From assembly GCA_010015805.1 (NCBI GenBank), contig ML978127.1, forward strand, positions 682,001 through 746,000: a stretch of 64,000 nt of DNA, in the 5' to 3' direction. The translations under genes and the position numbers were made by a program. The notes under the pieces are model-generated. The model saw only the letters and a program-made list of their open reading frames with translations. It had not been told where the DNA came from and did no database searches. Origin of the DNA: Rhizodiscina lignyota (taxonomy: Eukaryota). Positions 26,001 to 37,813 of this stretch are shown piece after piece. The stretch's first letter is position 1; each line of letters begins with the position of its first letter.

Positions 26001-26311
26001 CAATTCTTGACATTGGTGCTATCGTTCATACGGCTCGAGCGCGGATTAACGGCCATACGCTCCCTCCGCTCGACGTGACGAGGGCGCAGGCGGACATCGG
26101 AGACTTTCTCCATCACGGGAAGAATGATGTTGAGATCATAGTCAGCACGCCATTGGGGAATGCTCTCAGACCGTTGTGGGACCAGATTCACACGAGCGGC
26201 AAGGCGCCGCCTGGTGCGAGAGGGAATATGTCGATTGATGCACCGCTGGAGGGAGATTATGGACTCATATTGCCAGTCGTCGTGACACCGTATTACAGCG
26301 AGAACTTGTAA
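23061..26311 (+). CDS. Secreted glycoside hydrolase, GH106 (alpha-L-rhamnosidase-like); introns 23392-23446, 24687-24741, 24936-24982, 25188-25245
   Basis: Signal peptide; FQNPSKNVRPRFRYWVPD, GAGGVE, WEDSQE, PECESL, ISSECGA, VFHG motifs; C-terminal GH2-like sugar-binding domain (SGRGYY...LDIG...GKNDVEI...YGLILPV). Confidence 0.8.
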
Positions 26312-26429
26312 ATATTTCCGGCGATGATGCATCCTATACAGCTTCACGTGACCAATGAATCAAGTCTCATCCAGAAGTTCGCGTAGCACGAATATCAAAC
26401 AACCGAATCCACCTGGTCCAACTTTTGTT

Positions 26430-28643
26430 TTAAACCATTATCCAGTCGGCGTCGTCGAGTCCCACTATCTCAAAGTGAGACACAATTAGGTGCCCCAGAC
26501 AGTCATAGCCATGGATGTCAACGCGGATCCGTTGCGAGCGCATCTTCTCAATAGTGCTATCATCCAGTAATATCTCGGAGGCGTACGTGCGGAGCAGGCG
26601 TTGCTCAATCTGAACAATGAAGTGCTCGAAAGGCCCAGTCATTTTGCTGTGGAATAAGTTTCCAGAGTCCGAGGTAATCTTGGGTTTATTTGGATCTTTC
26701 ATCTCCAGCCAATTCCATTTCAGCCGATAATATGTCTTGCCCTGCACATCTTGCGACTCGATTCTCAAGGCGCTGATCTCAGCTTCCGGAACCTTGTAGT
26801 CGTCTGGGTGTATTTGAATACTCTGGAGGGTGAGCAACCGTGACGGGACATCTATTGGTCTTCGCCGTAACGTAACTTGAACTCCGATATCCAAGAGACG
26901 TTCGCAGGAGTTTTGCCCGTCGTACGGAGACTTGACGATGACATTGAGGATGCTTCTTCCTTCTTTGGAGCCAGAAAGCATCAAAGGCTGCAGGACAGTA
27001 GCTTTCGTGTATCGAAAGTAAATGCTTACGTCGACTCTCCCAAAATCGAACGTCTCGTCCACAGTATAGGCAACAAGACAGCGGAGACTCCCATCGGCTT
27101 TCATGTTGAGAGAAAACAAATGGAAAACATCAATATCTAGTCCGGGAGTTGAGTCTGTGCTATGAGAGACAAACATGTTGAGGTGTTCGTCCGGTGAGGA
27201 ACCGTATTCGCCATAGAGAAACCTCGATTCTGCCCCTGGACTTTGTGACTCCCATTTCCGGCTTAGCACTGGCAGAGGTTCTTGTGCTCCAAGATTGCAG
27301 TGAAAGTACTTGCTCACTTCGTTTGACTGTGGAGTTGGGCAGTCTTCGGTGTCTGTATTACACCTTTGGAAAGCGCGTTTGAATTTGGTGAAAAGGAACG
27401 TCTCTGAGCCCGCTGGGAACTCCGAGGCCCACCTTACAATCGGATGTTGCGGATACACTTGTTTGTGCAGTTCAGACTCGCCACAGTCGCATTTTAAGGG
27501 AGCAGGAAGTTCGAGTCCTTCCCACATCGTGCGTTCGATCCTCCGTTCATAGCCAGGGAAATGCTCGAACGACCAGGCAGGGGCAAAAATGCCAGCAGAG
27601 AATCCTTCCAGGGCCAGGGTTCCCACTGCGGTTCCAGTATTTGTTCCTCCGCCACCTTTTCCTGGAAATGTGATCCGCTTGTGAGGGCCACTTTGCTTGT
27701 TCTGTGCCCAAACGTCGATGCCAAAGTATATGTTTTGCGGAGGTATCTGATTCTTCAATGCAAGATTCTTGGAAGGGCTTAGTGATCTATTGGACCAGGC
27801 ATAGTTGGTCAACATTGAGCCTGCCGCTTGTGTAAATGACAGATTCTTCTTCGTCAGTGCATTTTGATAAGCAACTGTGTTGTCGATTGTGAGCGCGTCG
27901 TACCAGACAACCTGCTTTGCAGGTCCGAGGTCCACGCGGAGTTGCTTGATGAACTCTATGAGTAAGAATGGGTCCCATTTATTAGACGGAAACGGTTTCT
28001 CTAGATTGAGGAGCCAGCCATCAAATTCATATATATGAGCCATGTTCGCCAGTTGCCGAGCGACCACAAAATGAGGAGATTGGGAATTTGAGGCCTCTTG
28101 ACGGACAAGTAGTCGTTCGATTTCTATGTTCCCCGGCTCGATTAAGAGGGTCCCAAGGGACTTGACTCCGTTCCGGTGAAGAGTATTCGTCCACATCGGC
28201 GGCGGGATGCACACGAGCTTGTGTGAAAAATAGACAAAGGCCTCGACAAATTGGAGGTATTCACAGCTATAACTCTCTGCGCCCAGAATGTGCTCTGCTG
28301 AGCTTTCATAGTCGTGGTAGTTACCCGCGAAATCATGGCAGAGGAGCACCCTGGCCTTCTGTTGGGAAGCATCATCCAGCTCGGGTCTCTTTAAGAGAGG
28401 AATACTTGATCGTTGCAAAGGGTCCACATCTTCAGGGGCCCAGTCGTCAACTTCATCAAAATCTTCAAAATATGCAAATCCTTTCAACGCATCAAGTTCA
28501 CGCCGTTTCCGCCGATTCTCGAGGTCCGGAGGAGACTGAGGTTTGCTTGGAAAGCGATCTCGTAACCCATCTCGAATAGGTCGCAGGATACTTTTCCATT
28601 CGGAAGGTAGTAGATCTTGCGCATGTGTACTCATGGCAGCCAT
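26430..28643 (-). CDS. Cytosolic endo-beta-N-acetylglucosaminidase, GH85 (intronless)
   Basis: LLCHDFAGNY, FVYFSH...IPPPMWTNTLHRNGVKSLGTLLIE, FDGWLLNLE (catalytic N-x-E), WYDA, TNYAW, YFGIDVW, IFAPAW; no signal peptide. Confidence 0.9.
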   Translation of the reverse strand: MAAMSTHAQDLLPSEWKSILRPIRDGLRDRFPSKPQSPPDLENRRKRRELDALKGFAYFEDFDEVDDWAPEDVDPLQRSSIPLLKRPELDDASQQKARVLLCHDFAGNYHDYESSAEHILGAESYSCEYLQFVEAFVYFSHKLVCIPPPMWTNTLHRNGVKSLGTLLIEPGNIEIERLLVRQEASNSQSPHFVVARQLANMAHIYEFDGWLLNLEKPFPSNKWDPFLLIEFIKQLRVDLGPAKQVVWYDALTIDNTVAYQNALTKKNLSFTQAAGSMLTNYAWSNRSLSPSKNLALKNQIPPQNIYFGIDVWAQNKQSGPHKRITFPGKGGGGTNTGTAVGTLALEGFSAGIFAPAWSFEHFPGYERRIERTMWEGLELPAPLKCDCGESELHKQVYPQHPIVRWASEFPAGSETFLFTKFKRAFQRCNTDTEDCPTPQSNEVSKYFHCNLGAQEPLPVLSRKWESQSPGAESRFLYGEYGSSPDEHLNMFVSHSTDSTPGLDIDVFHLFSLNMKADGSLRCLVAYTVDETFDFGRVDVSIYFRYTKATVLQPLMLSGSKEGRSILNVIVKSPYDGQNSCERLLDIGVQVTLRRRPIDVPSRLLTLQSIQIHPDDYKVPEAEISALRIESQDVQGKTYYRLKWNWLEMKDPNKPKITSDSGNLFHSKMTGPFEHFIVQIEQRLLRTYASEILLDDSTIEKMRSQRIRVDIHGYDCLGHLIVSHFEIVGLDDADWIMV

Positions 28644-29613
28644 ATTGCTTAGGCTCCTAACTTCTTGATCCGCTGGAACTTGTCAACGTATCTCTGACTA
28701 TCGGAATTTGTCGTTCGTAGCTCCCGAACTGCTTCAACCATCACTTTCGTAGGAGAGTTATGGTGTATTAAAGCGAAAGGTAACCTGGGATGCTGGAGAT
28801 TAGGGTGTCGAACGATTTGATTGAAGAGTTTTCGCTAATTAGATATGTTGATGACGTTCAAGGTGTGCCAACTCCAGCCCCAGCACCAGTTGAGATGACA
28901 CCGAGGATCTCCCGAAACCAGGTCTCGAAGTCTGTCGTCGAAAACAGACTAGTTTTCTTTGCCAAAGGCAACACCTCTGGACTCAAGATATCTATTCAAT
29001 TCCGTCTCATCTGAACTGCGTTCTTTGACTAAAACATATTGATCGTGATATGTGGTATTTGATGGGAAGCGCACTCTTAGCATTGGGAAGAGGCGGATGT
29101 TTAAATCATGAATCACGCTTCTCGTGAGTGGAAAAAGTAATAAGCATACGTAGGTGGAGGATTGTGGGGAAGATCTTTTTGGCATCAATGGTGTGGTCTC
29201 CAACCGACGTTAGAGATTCCGCATGCCACGCCGAAAAGGGGGTGATAAGCCACCATGGGGTTTCCGCCTCGAGAATGGAGACTCTTTCCAGATTTGGCCC
29301 TTCAACAAAACTCCTCAGGTGGCTAGCGCCGAACCCAATCACGCATCACGCACACCACTTTACATACATTCTCCCGCCAGAAATACAACAGCAGCGATGT
29401 TTAATCAGCATCCGTGCTTCCAGCATTCATCATAACGGAAACCTCAACAACGACCTCACCCGACTCTATGTTGTGGGTTCTATTAAGCTTGCCCTCCATT
29501 AGAGCCTGAAAGAAGTCATCGAGTTTCTCACCCTTTTCATACCGTCTCCATCTTTCGGCCTGGCGTGCTCAACATACTTCAGCTCGTTGCAATGAGCATC
29601 TGCTTCGTCACCA

Positions 29614-30210
29614 TTGACAAAGAAGGTTGCCGCCTGCTTGCTTTTGGCTATGGCTTTGGTGTTGTGTATGCCGTATATCGTTATGGCTGTACTGCTGGGC
29701 AAGTTCTCGGATAACCGACCTTCGCACCAAGGGACGGGATGGGCTACCGGGGGCTATGGCATTTTATATACGTCTTGGCGTACGGAGTGTCGTATGCCCC
29801 GGTGGGATGGGCTTTACCATCGGAAGTGTATCCGAACTCGCTGCGCTTTAAATGTGCCGCGCTGACAACCGCAACTGTAGAGCTGTGCAACTTCATTATC
29901 GGTATCGCGGTGCCACCGATGCTGGCTAGCGCTGGGTTTGGTACGTAGATTTTGTTCGCCTGCATCTGTCTGCTCGCCGGCGTTTGGGCCTTCTTCTTTG
30001 TGCCGGAAACGAAACGTCGTACGCTCGAGGAAATGGACGATCTGTTTCCATGATAATAGTGCCAGCGAAGAGAGGGAGGTTATGCAGCAAGTGGCGATGG
30101 CTGCCAGGAGAGTGGGCTTGTCAACCAACAAAGGAGGCGACAGTACTCAACAAGGTGATATCCTTGAGGTGAAGTTGTCGCGCGAAGTTTCGGGGGGTAC
30201 AGCTGCATAG
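29614..30210 (+). pseudogene. C-terminal remnant of an MFS sugar porter
   Basis: YGVSYAPVGWALPSEVYPNSLR...CNFIIG...GFGT*ILFACICLLAGVWAFFFVPETKRRTLEEMDDLF; in-frame TAG at ~29946, frameshifts near 29750 and 30048, no N-terminal half visible. Confidence 0.85.
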
Positions 30211-30252
30211 CGAAGTGTACAGATTTGTCGATACAGTATGGAGTCATCTTCA

Positions 30253-32373
30253 TCATAAAGCGTCAAGATCACGCCACTGTGCCTTTAAGGCGGCAATGGT
30301 GTCCGTAGTCCTCCAGCCCATGGCTTGTTCGGTTCGCACGAGGAATTGGATTACAGCTTGTCGCTGTACAGGATTGGAAAAGCAATAACCACCTATGAGC
30401 AAGATTGTCAGAGGCTTTCCGGAACGATTTGGAAGAACATGCGAAAATACCGACAGACGTACATATCTTAAGAAAATGAGAAGCCAAGAAATTGGCATTC
30501 TCCACGAACAGGTTCGAGTTGGCCAGACCAATTATCATTGCTAGATGAGTGCGGACCATACTCTGATGCGTCGAATAAGTCAAATGTATTTGTGGTGGAG
30601 AAAGGAGACTAGCCTCTGCGTTTCTTGATTGCCTTGCAGCTTCGTATCCACTGCTTCGGGAGGATGAGGCTCTCATCAAGATCAAAAGGATTTTCGACCC
30701 ATGATAGTATTGTAGACCGATGACTTTGAATTGTTCAGCCTCCATTTACGGATAGTGTAGACGCTGCGGAAGGATATTACCTTGGGCAGAATTCAGCATC
30801 TGAATGTCTGGAATAGCCTCACCCTTCTCGAGGTCAGCATCTTGAAAGTATATGGGTCGGAATAGTTCCGGCTTTGAATTGTTCCATTCATCGACCTTAA
30901 TTTCTATTCTTTCGAGGGCTTCCTTAGTCACCGTCGAGGTGTCTGTGGAATAAGTGAGGCTGAGTATCTTCGCCATCAAGAGGATTATAACATTGGCATA
31001 TGCTGCATCGTTCTCAAGCCGAAACACTGAAGAGCGCTCGTAATTCTCTAATCTGTATCGATTTTTAGCGTTTTCAATTGATTTTGGACACGGGAGACCA
31101 ACTTGAGTGCCCATGGTTCTTGCAGTACCAGGGTTGAGTAAATAGCCTGACGAAGTGATAGCCAACTTGCAGCCTCGGCCAATCCTCCAGAGGAAGAGAA
31201 GGTAGCCATAGTATTAAGAAGCTGACTGGTGCCTAAAAGGTGACATCTCGTGTCGTCCCGAATGTCAAATTCTTCGTAAAGTCGGCATATTACGACAGCT
31301 GCTAGAAGCGCATCATCATATGAGTCTTCCGGGCAGGAAAGTGCCGATATGACGAGCTCAAGGCAACGACCATGGTAGAAGGAGGCTTCCACATCATCAG
31401 ACGCTGTTATACTGGCTTGGTGTCGAGATGACAAAGCAAGTATACCGTAGAGAATCATTGGCACTTGCAAGGCGCGACGAGGAACTTCAGTCGCGAAATG
31501 GCGGGCCGGGTCGCATGGATCAGACTGACCAATACATTAGTACGATTGTCCTCCATTGTTCGGGAATAGACTACACGTACCCAGGGCGCCAGTTTATCGA
31601 TATATGAACGGAGTAAAAATGCTTCTCTCTTCGTAAGACCAGGCTCGGACAAGCCCCGACGGATTGGAAGGTCTGCTGCGGTGGGGGTGTGCGAGACATT
31701 GGCGACGGTAGATGGTGTTTCACCAACAGAAGGACTAAACAGGATGGAAGTATTGATATTCCCATTATGGCGACGCGCAATTGGCGAAGAATCGCCACGA
31801 TTAAATGCTTTCGAAGGGGAATAGTTAGGTGTGAATGAATATTGTACAGATGCCTCATCCGGTACTATACCGGAAACATCGGTGGAGTTCGAGAGCCCTT
31901 GGTCTCTAGTTCCGAAAGCCGATTGGAAATGATGATCTTGCCTCCGTGTCTCATTATTTCCCGTTACTGGAGTAGTGGGGGATTCAGGGGGAGACAGACG
32001 ATTCGGAGAAGAGTTTGGAAGATAGCTGAGGTCGCCATCCGAACCCTCTCTGAAGAACTTGACTGTAACTCCTCCCTATCAGTCTGGACTACTAAGATAC
32101 GTATAAGAGAAGGAAATGGAAAGGCCTCTTACGTGGTCCGGAGATAGGGACCCAAATTTGATGGTCGTTATAAGTCAGATCGAATTTTGACCGACCGGAC
32201 CCGCTATGATCATAGACATGGTGGACCTCCTGGAAACGGATGCGAGGCTCGAACGAGCATGGACGGGCTGTCTCTGTCTCGGCGCAGCGAGTACAGACGG
32301 AGGCACCAGGCCTCACAATGCATTTAGTGTGACGTCGCCGACAATTCGCGCATCCCATGCGTCTTCCTTTCAT
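30253..32373 (-). CDS. Zn(II)2Cys6 transcription factor with fungal-specific TF domain (multi-exon)
   Basis: CANCRRRHTKCIVRPGASVCTRCAETETARPC cluster; EAFLLRSYIDKLAPW, ILALSSRH, LLAAVVICRLYEE, GLAEAASWLSLRQ, MGWRT blocks. Confidence 0.88.
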
Positions 32374-33051
32374 GATACATTGTTGAGTTGTCGTAGTCTC
32401 AAGGAAAGTAAGGAATACATACCGATCGCGCGGAGGAAGTTTCATTTTCAAAAACTGAGGTCCCACGTAGTCACGTGATTATAGGACGAACTAAGGTTGC
32501 GCTTTGGGCCGATGATGGCCCGTGCTTTAGCCATCCAAAAGTCATCCATATTCGCTGACTAAGCAGAAGAAGGAATCAAATGTGAGATGTGAGATGGAAA
32601 TATGACGTCTTCAACCACACCGCACTACTCTCTCTTGACACTGCCCGTCTATGCTCTAAGTGGGTAGTGAATTTCAAGTTTTAGAGAGTAGATATGACCA
32701 ATTATTGGCTATCTTTACTTTACAAGCTAGCATCCGTACACCGGTGTCAAGGGGTTGCGGTGTCAAGGGTGGTTATGTCGTTAGCCCTTCTCTGTGCGTC
32801 TGGTTCACTGATCATTATCTGCATTTTCATGAATCGTGGCGAAATTTCTTGTACGATTTATTAACCTGAGGCTCTTGAAAACAGTTGTGCCTACCAGTTG
32901 TTGAGCTTTTGTGCAAAGTTCTATCAGTTCGAGCGAATATCCTGTATTCACCTCCTTGCTTGCCGAACGGTAGAGGAGTGAGACTTTGGTGGGAGGTTCC
33001 AAACGCAACCCACAGTTAAAATGCTACCAGAAACACAACCGCCAAGATCGA

Positions 33052-33969
33052 TTAAGCTGCCTGAGATTTCATAAAGTCTACAATAACCGGGACGTCTTCG
33101 ATCAATGTCAGGCCCGTAGGAGTCCAACCCAATCGCTCCCTCGTCTTCTCGCTCGAGGCCGTGTTGTCGGCAGTGGCACCAAACTGAAACCAGCCGAAAT
33201 GATCTTCTACCTTCTCCGGTGGGATGCTGACAACGGGGACGTCCAGCTGCTTCCCAACCTCGGTCGCGATGTCCTTCAGCGCCACACCCTCATCGGCCAC
33301 CGCATGGAAGATGAACCCGGGTTTCGCCTTCTCCATCGCCAACCGGTACAGTCTAGCCGCATCATCACGGTGGCCAGCGCACCAGCGGTTCTGGCCCTCG
33401 CCGACGTACGCTGAAACACCCTTCTGCAGCGCGATGTTGACAAAAATGCCCGTGAAACCCGAAGTTCCAGCGCCATGCGTCGTGGGCGGCAGACGTACGA
33501 CGCTCGCTCGTACGCCCTGCTTGGCGAAGTCAAGACACACCGGCTCCGAGGCGCCACGCGCTGCAGACATCAGGTTGGTTATGTCAGCCTCATCGTCCTC
33601 GTCGCCCAGCTTGCCAGGCGCTAGCATCATGGTGCCCGATGTGATGACCAGGGCGCGGTCACCGCCGGCGGCCGCCAGGGCATATCCCATCGCAGTGATG
33701 GCGGCCCTGTCCTTGGCGCAGGAGCCCACGAAGTCGGCAAAGTCGTGGACGAAGGCTAGGTGGATGACGGCGTCACATTCAGAGGCAGCCTTCTTCAGGA
33801 CTTCCAGGTCTTCGATGACACCATGCAAAGCATCAGCACCTTGGCTCTTCAACTGCTCAACTCCCTTCTCGCTACGTGTTAGGCCAAGGACTTGGTGTCC
33901 TACAGAGAGCAGTTCTTTGACAACGGCTGAACCGATGAAGCCGGTCGAGCCTGTGATGAAGACGCGCAT
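33052..33969 (-). CDS. NAD(P)-dependent epimerase/dehydratase, atypical SDR (intronless)
   Basis: MRVFITGSTGFIG Rossmann motif; DAVIHLAFVHDF; VVRLPP; HRDDAARLYRLA; LGWTP. Confidence 0.9.
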   Translation of the reverse strand: MRVFITGSTGFIGSAVVKELLSVGHQVLGLTRSEKGVEQLKSQGADALHGVIEDLEVLKKAASECDAVIHLAFVHDFADFVGSCAKDRAAITAMGYALAAAGGDRALVITSGTMMLAPGKLGDEDDEADITNLMSAARGASEPVCLDFAKQGVRASVVRLPPTTHGAGTSGFTGIFVNIALQKGVSAYVGEGQNRWCAGHRDDAARLYRLAMEKAKPGFIFHAVADEGVALKDIATEVGKQLDVPVVSIPPEKVEDHFGWFQFGATADNTASSEKTRERLGWTPTGLTLIEDVPVIVDFMKSQAA

Positions 33970-34990
33970 AGTGGAAGCTGAAAATGGTCAAGGGTCGATG
34001 ATGAAAGAGAGATGAGGTTCGATTGAGTGTGAGGATCTTGGTTGAGTTTGGAACGAGATGTTCTAGTTTTACTCCCTCAGCAGTAGACCTGCTGGGTTTT
34101 TATATATATTTTCTGTCACTTGCACGAGTTCTGCAGCATGTGGTCACAGACTTCACGGGCCATTTGATGTGTCCGACCGACCTTCGAGGATTGGTCGGAC
34201 TTGAAAATGGAACTCACCCTGGATCAACTTGGCTGCCTAGTTGGAATGTAACTCAACAGGCGAGCTCCAAAACATGTACGAAGCCAATAGTGTCCACCAA
34301 TCATGGCAGTTGAATTCCGAGCAGAGGTTAGCGTCCAATCCGGACAAGCCGGAGATATCGACCACGAATGAACGGAGATACGATGCGGCAGGGGTCTAAC
34401 TTTAGCGCTGGTTATCCACTGCGAGCCATGGCCGCTCTTCACGACTTGAATACGCAATGTATCTCAGTCAAGCTTACCAGCATATCAGCTTTTGCTATAT
34501 GTTGATTTATTCCATCAGAAGTTCCTGCAACCCGCCCTTGGAGTACTAGTACGGACCGTTACACGAAATCAGGCATTTCCCTCCGTCTCCTTGCACTGGA
34601 GGGAAGAATACATAGGAGATAAGCCCAGTTGTCTGGAGGCTTAAAAAGTTTGCCGTGAATCTACCCCACCCTGCGATTGGAAGCAGACTTTGTGGTGCAG
34701 GAGTTCAATATCGTTTGCCGAATGGTCTCTGTTCGTTTCCGTCGTTCGCATCAATCATTTGGATCTATGCATACTTTCTTCATACATCTTCATTGTCTGG
34801 GATTTGCTTACGAGCCAGATAGCTCTGACCTCTGTTTGATCTACCTCGATCAGTCGACTAGTAAACTTCTCTTTGATGTCCACCGAAGGCAAAATGTGGT
34901 ATATAACGCATCTCATGAAATGTCCCACCTCCTTGAATTTTTGGAATGCAGCAACCTTGTCACTGTCTATTCTCAGTTTCAGACTAGGTC

Positions 34991-36677
34991 ATGACAGGAA
35001 ACAACTATTCTTCTGAGCTCCGTGCCGAGCGAGAGCATTATTTGCAGCTCGTCAGCACGGATACTGCTCCGCACGGCAGGCAAGAAGAAATCCGAAACGC
35101 CCTCTTATTTTCTTTTGGTGTGCTAGCCCTTCAGAATGGCGGTGCGACTTCCAATTCCAAAAAGGGCAAAGCTAAAGAAATCTCACCCATTTTCCCTCAA
35201 TATGCTTTCCTGGGGCTCTGCGTAGAAAATCCTGAAGACGAAGAGGACGATGGAACTGTCGATACGGAGCCAGAAACCATGTCCCACAAGACCGATCCTG
35301 AAAGCACGGCTGCGCAGTCTAACGTAAGAAGCGACCAAACAGCAGATCCCATCATTCTCAATATCAATGCTCCCTTCTCGGTTTTCATTTGTGGCTCACA
35401 AGGCAGTGGCAAGAGCCACACCATGTCTTGCATGCTGGAGGGCTGTCTCTCTCCAGATGATAGAATCGGCCGGCTTCCTAATCCTCTGTCGGGCATTGTC
35501 TTTTACTTCGCTGCGGCTGATAGCGCTGCATGCGAAGCTGCTTACCTCTGCTCTCTTGGCATCAAGGTGATAGTGCCTTCTACTAATCTCTCCAAGCGCC
35601 AGAGCATTTACTCTCAGTTGAGCGGCGCGAAGGAGAACTTGACCGTCGAGGAACTCTTCTTCTTGGATACGCACCTGAATGCCGCGAGCTTTCAGGAGCT
35701 TATGGCATTCAGTAACACTGCAGAACTACTCCTGTACATGATGGTATTCTCTCACATTTGATAGCAGCTGCTGCCGTATGCTGATCCTCTACTCAGGTCG
35801 TCAAACAGGTGCTACGAAACCACGTGATGGGGTCTGCAAACCAACGTTTTGACTTCTTCGAAATTCGAAACCAGATCAGAGACTCGTTGAAGAAGAAGGT
35901 GAAGAAGAATGCTGCACCGTCCGATGATCCCCTTAAGAATTTGTCCCCTCAGCAAAAGACCCATCTATCGCAGCGTCTTAGTCTCATTGATGCAATGGTT
36001 AAGAGCTCGAAGAATGCGGGTAAAGACCTCTTCAAGGCCGAACGCAATACATTGACCATTACGGACCTGAGCGATCTTTTCATCGACGCCGCTGCTGCTT
36101 ATGCTCTATTTAAGATCTGCATGAGTGTCTTTCTAGAAGATCAGTCAGACATAGGGCGAGTCGTCGCCTTGGACGAAGCACATAACGTGAGTGTTTATAC
36201 CTATCTGGCTAGAGGAGAAAACATGCTGAGTGTTCACAGTACCTTGGCGCGGCCACAGTGTCGAAAGAGTTCGGCGAAGCTCTTCTCAAAGCTATCAGGG
36301 AGCAACGACACATCGCCGCTCGCGTGATCATCGCAACCTAGGAGCCAACGATAGATCCAGCGCTCCTCGCTCTCTGTTCTATGACACTCGTCCACCGGTT
36401 TTCGTCGCCGGATTGGCTTACTGTGTTGCGGGGCCATGTGGCCGGCGCCTTCAAAGCTGCCGGCAGTTCGGCAGAGCAACTGGAGGGATTTCTAGAGAAG
36501 ATTGTGAATCTGAGAATAGGGCAAGCGCTTCTCTTCTCGCCCAAGGCGTTGCTCGACATAAAGGACGGGATGCCACGCGCTTTGGGAACAGGATACAGGA
36601 AATTTCAGACACGAGAACGATTGAGTGCGGACGGTGGGAGGAGCAGGTTGGCCAGGAGACAGCCATCAGACTGGTGA
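34991..36677 (+). pseudogene. HerA/FtsK/VirB4-like P-loop ATPase interrupted by one in-frame TAG (36339-36341); introns 35744-35796 and 36187-36239
   Basis: Walker A FICGSQGSGKSHT, Walker B VVALDEAH, then IREQRHIAARVIIAT*EPT...VHRFSSPDW; frame otherwise open to 36677. Confidence 0.75.
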
Positions 36678-36847
36678 GGGATAAGGCACATAGAACTCGA
36701 AATTGATATCGTAGTGGGTTTCGATTTCATGTCTATCATGTGACAATGGTTCAGAATGGGGACCAGGCGAAAAAGGCCGTTCCCCGCGTAATTGTCATCA
36801 TCAATCCACTGTGCATCCACACTTCCATAGCTTCTGCATGCAAGCAA

Positions 36848-37518
36848 TCAGAGACGACGACCACGGCGACCACCCTTTCTTCTCGTGGAGTCGGAAGGCG
36901 TAGGAGTAACGTCTTCAATGCGGCCAATCTTCATACCAGCACGAGCCAAGGCGCGGAGGGCAGACTGCGCACCAGGGCCAGGAGTCTTGGTGCCGTTGCC
37001 TATTTTCAAATGTATTAGCTTCCCAATTCCACTGTATCGTGAGCCATTATTATTGTCGTACCTCCAGTAGCCCGAATCTTGACGTGAAGAGCCGTGATGC
37101 CCAATTCCTTGCAGCGAGCAGCAACGTCCTGAGCAGCCAACATAGCAGCATAGGGAGACGACTCGTCACGATCGGCCTTGACTTTCATACCACCAGTGAC
37201 ACGGGAGATGGTTTCGCGGCCACTGGAATCACCCAGAACATTAGCCTCACCATCCTTTAAACAATCCAAGTATGATATTGTGTGGGCCCAGGAAGGGGCC
37301 TGTGAAGGTGGTTTAAACGAACCTGAGATCGGTGACGTGGACGAAGGTATCATTGAAGGAAGCGAAGATGCGAGCAACGCCGAAGACGAGTTCACCTGGA
37401 CACTGCGTTAGACTGAGAGGAATGGTTGCGATCCAGGAATGAACGTACCATCGCGGACTTGAGGACCGAGAGAGATGTTTTCTTGCGCGCCGCGCTCTAC
37501 CTTCTTCTTGGGTGCCAT
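36848..37518 (-). CDS. RPS14: 40S ribosomal protein S14 (uS11), 4 exons
   Basis: MAPKKK...[44 protein letters not shown]-terminus [10 protein letters not shown]. Confidence 0.98.
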
Positions 37519-37612
37519 GTTGACTGTTGTGGAATTGATTGAAGTGAGGTCTCGAAAAGTTCGCGATACTAGTTTCGGTGGAGGAATTTCGCTTTGGTGG
37601 CTCGGGAATTTG

Positions 37613-37619
37613 TTAGGGC
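37613..37619. promoter_or_regulatory. TTAGGGC (Tbf1-type) element upstream of the ribosomal protein gene
   Basis: Single short motif ~95 bp upstream of the RPS14 ATG; may be chance. Confidence 0.25.
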
Positions 37620-37813
37620 GGCTCCGAGCAATTTTCAGCGGCGGCGGGCTTTTTCTGAAGAAGTGCCAATACTTTCTTTCCACCCCTGCCAGTCAAAGCC
37701 ACGTCTGAAGATTCGTCCTTCTATGACTTCTAGTAGAGATTACATTAGCTCGTAATGTATAATTTGTCTATTGAACACTATTGAGCCGTTTCACGATCGT
37801 TGCACTAGAAGAC

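Noticed and set aside
33052..33969. Horizontal transfer of the intronless, GC3-rich SDR, and its 263-aa antisense ORF
   Set aside because: This SDR type is widespread in fungi; codon bias explains the antisense ORF; no phylogeny available
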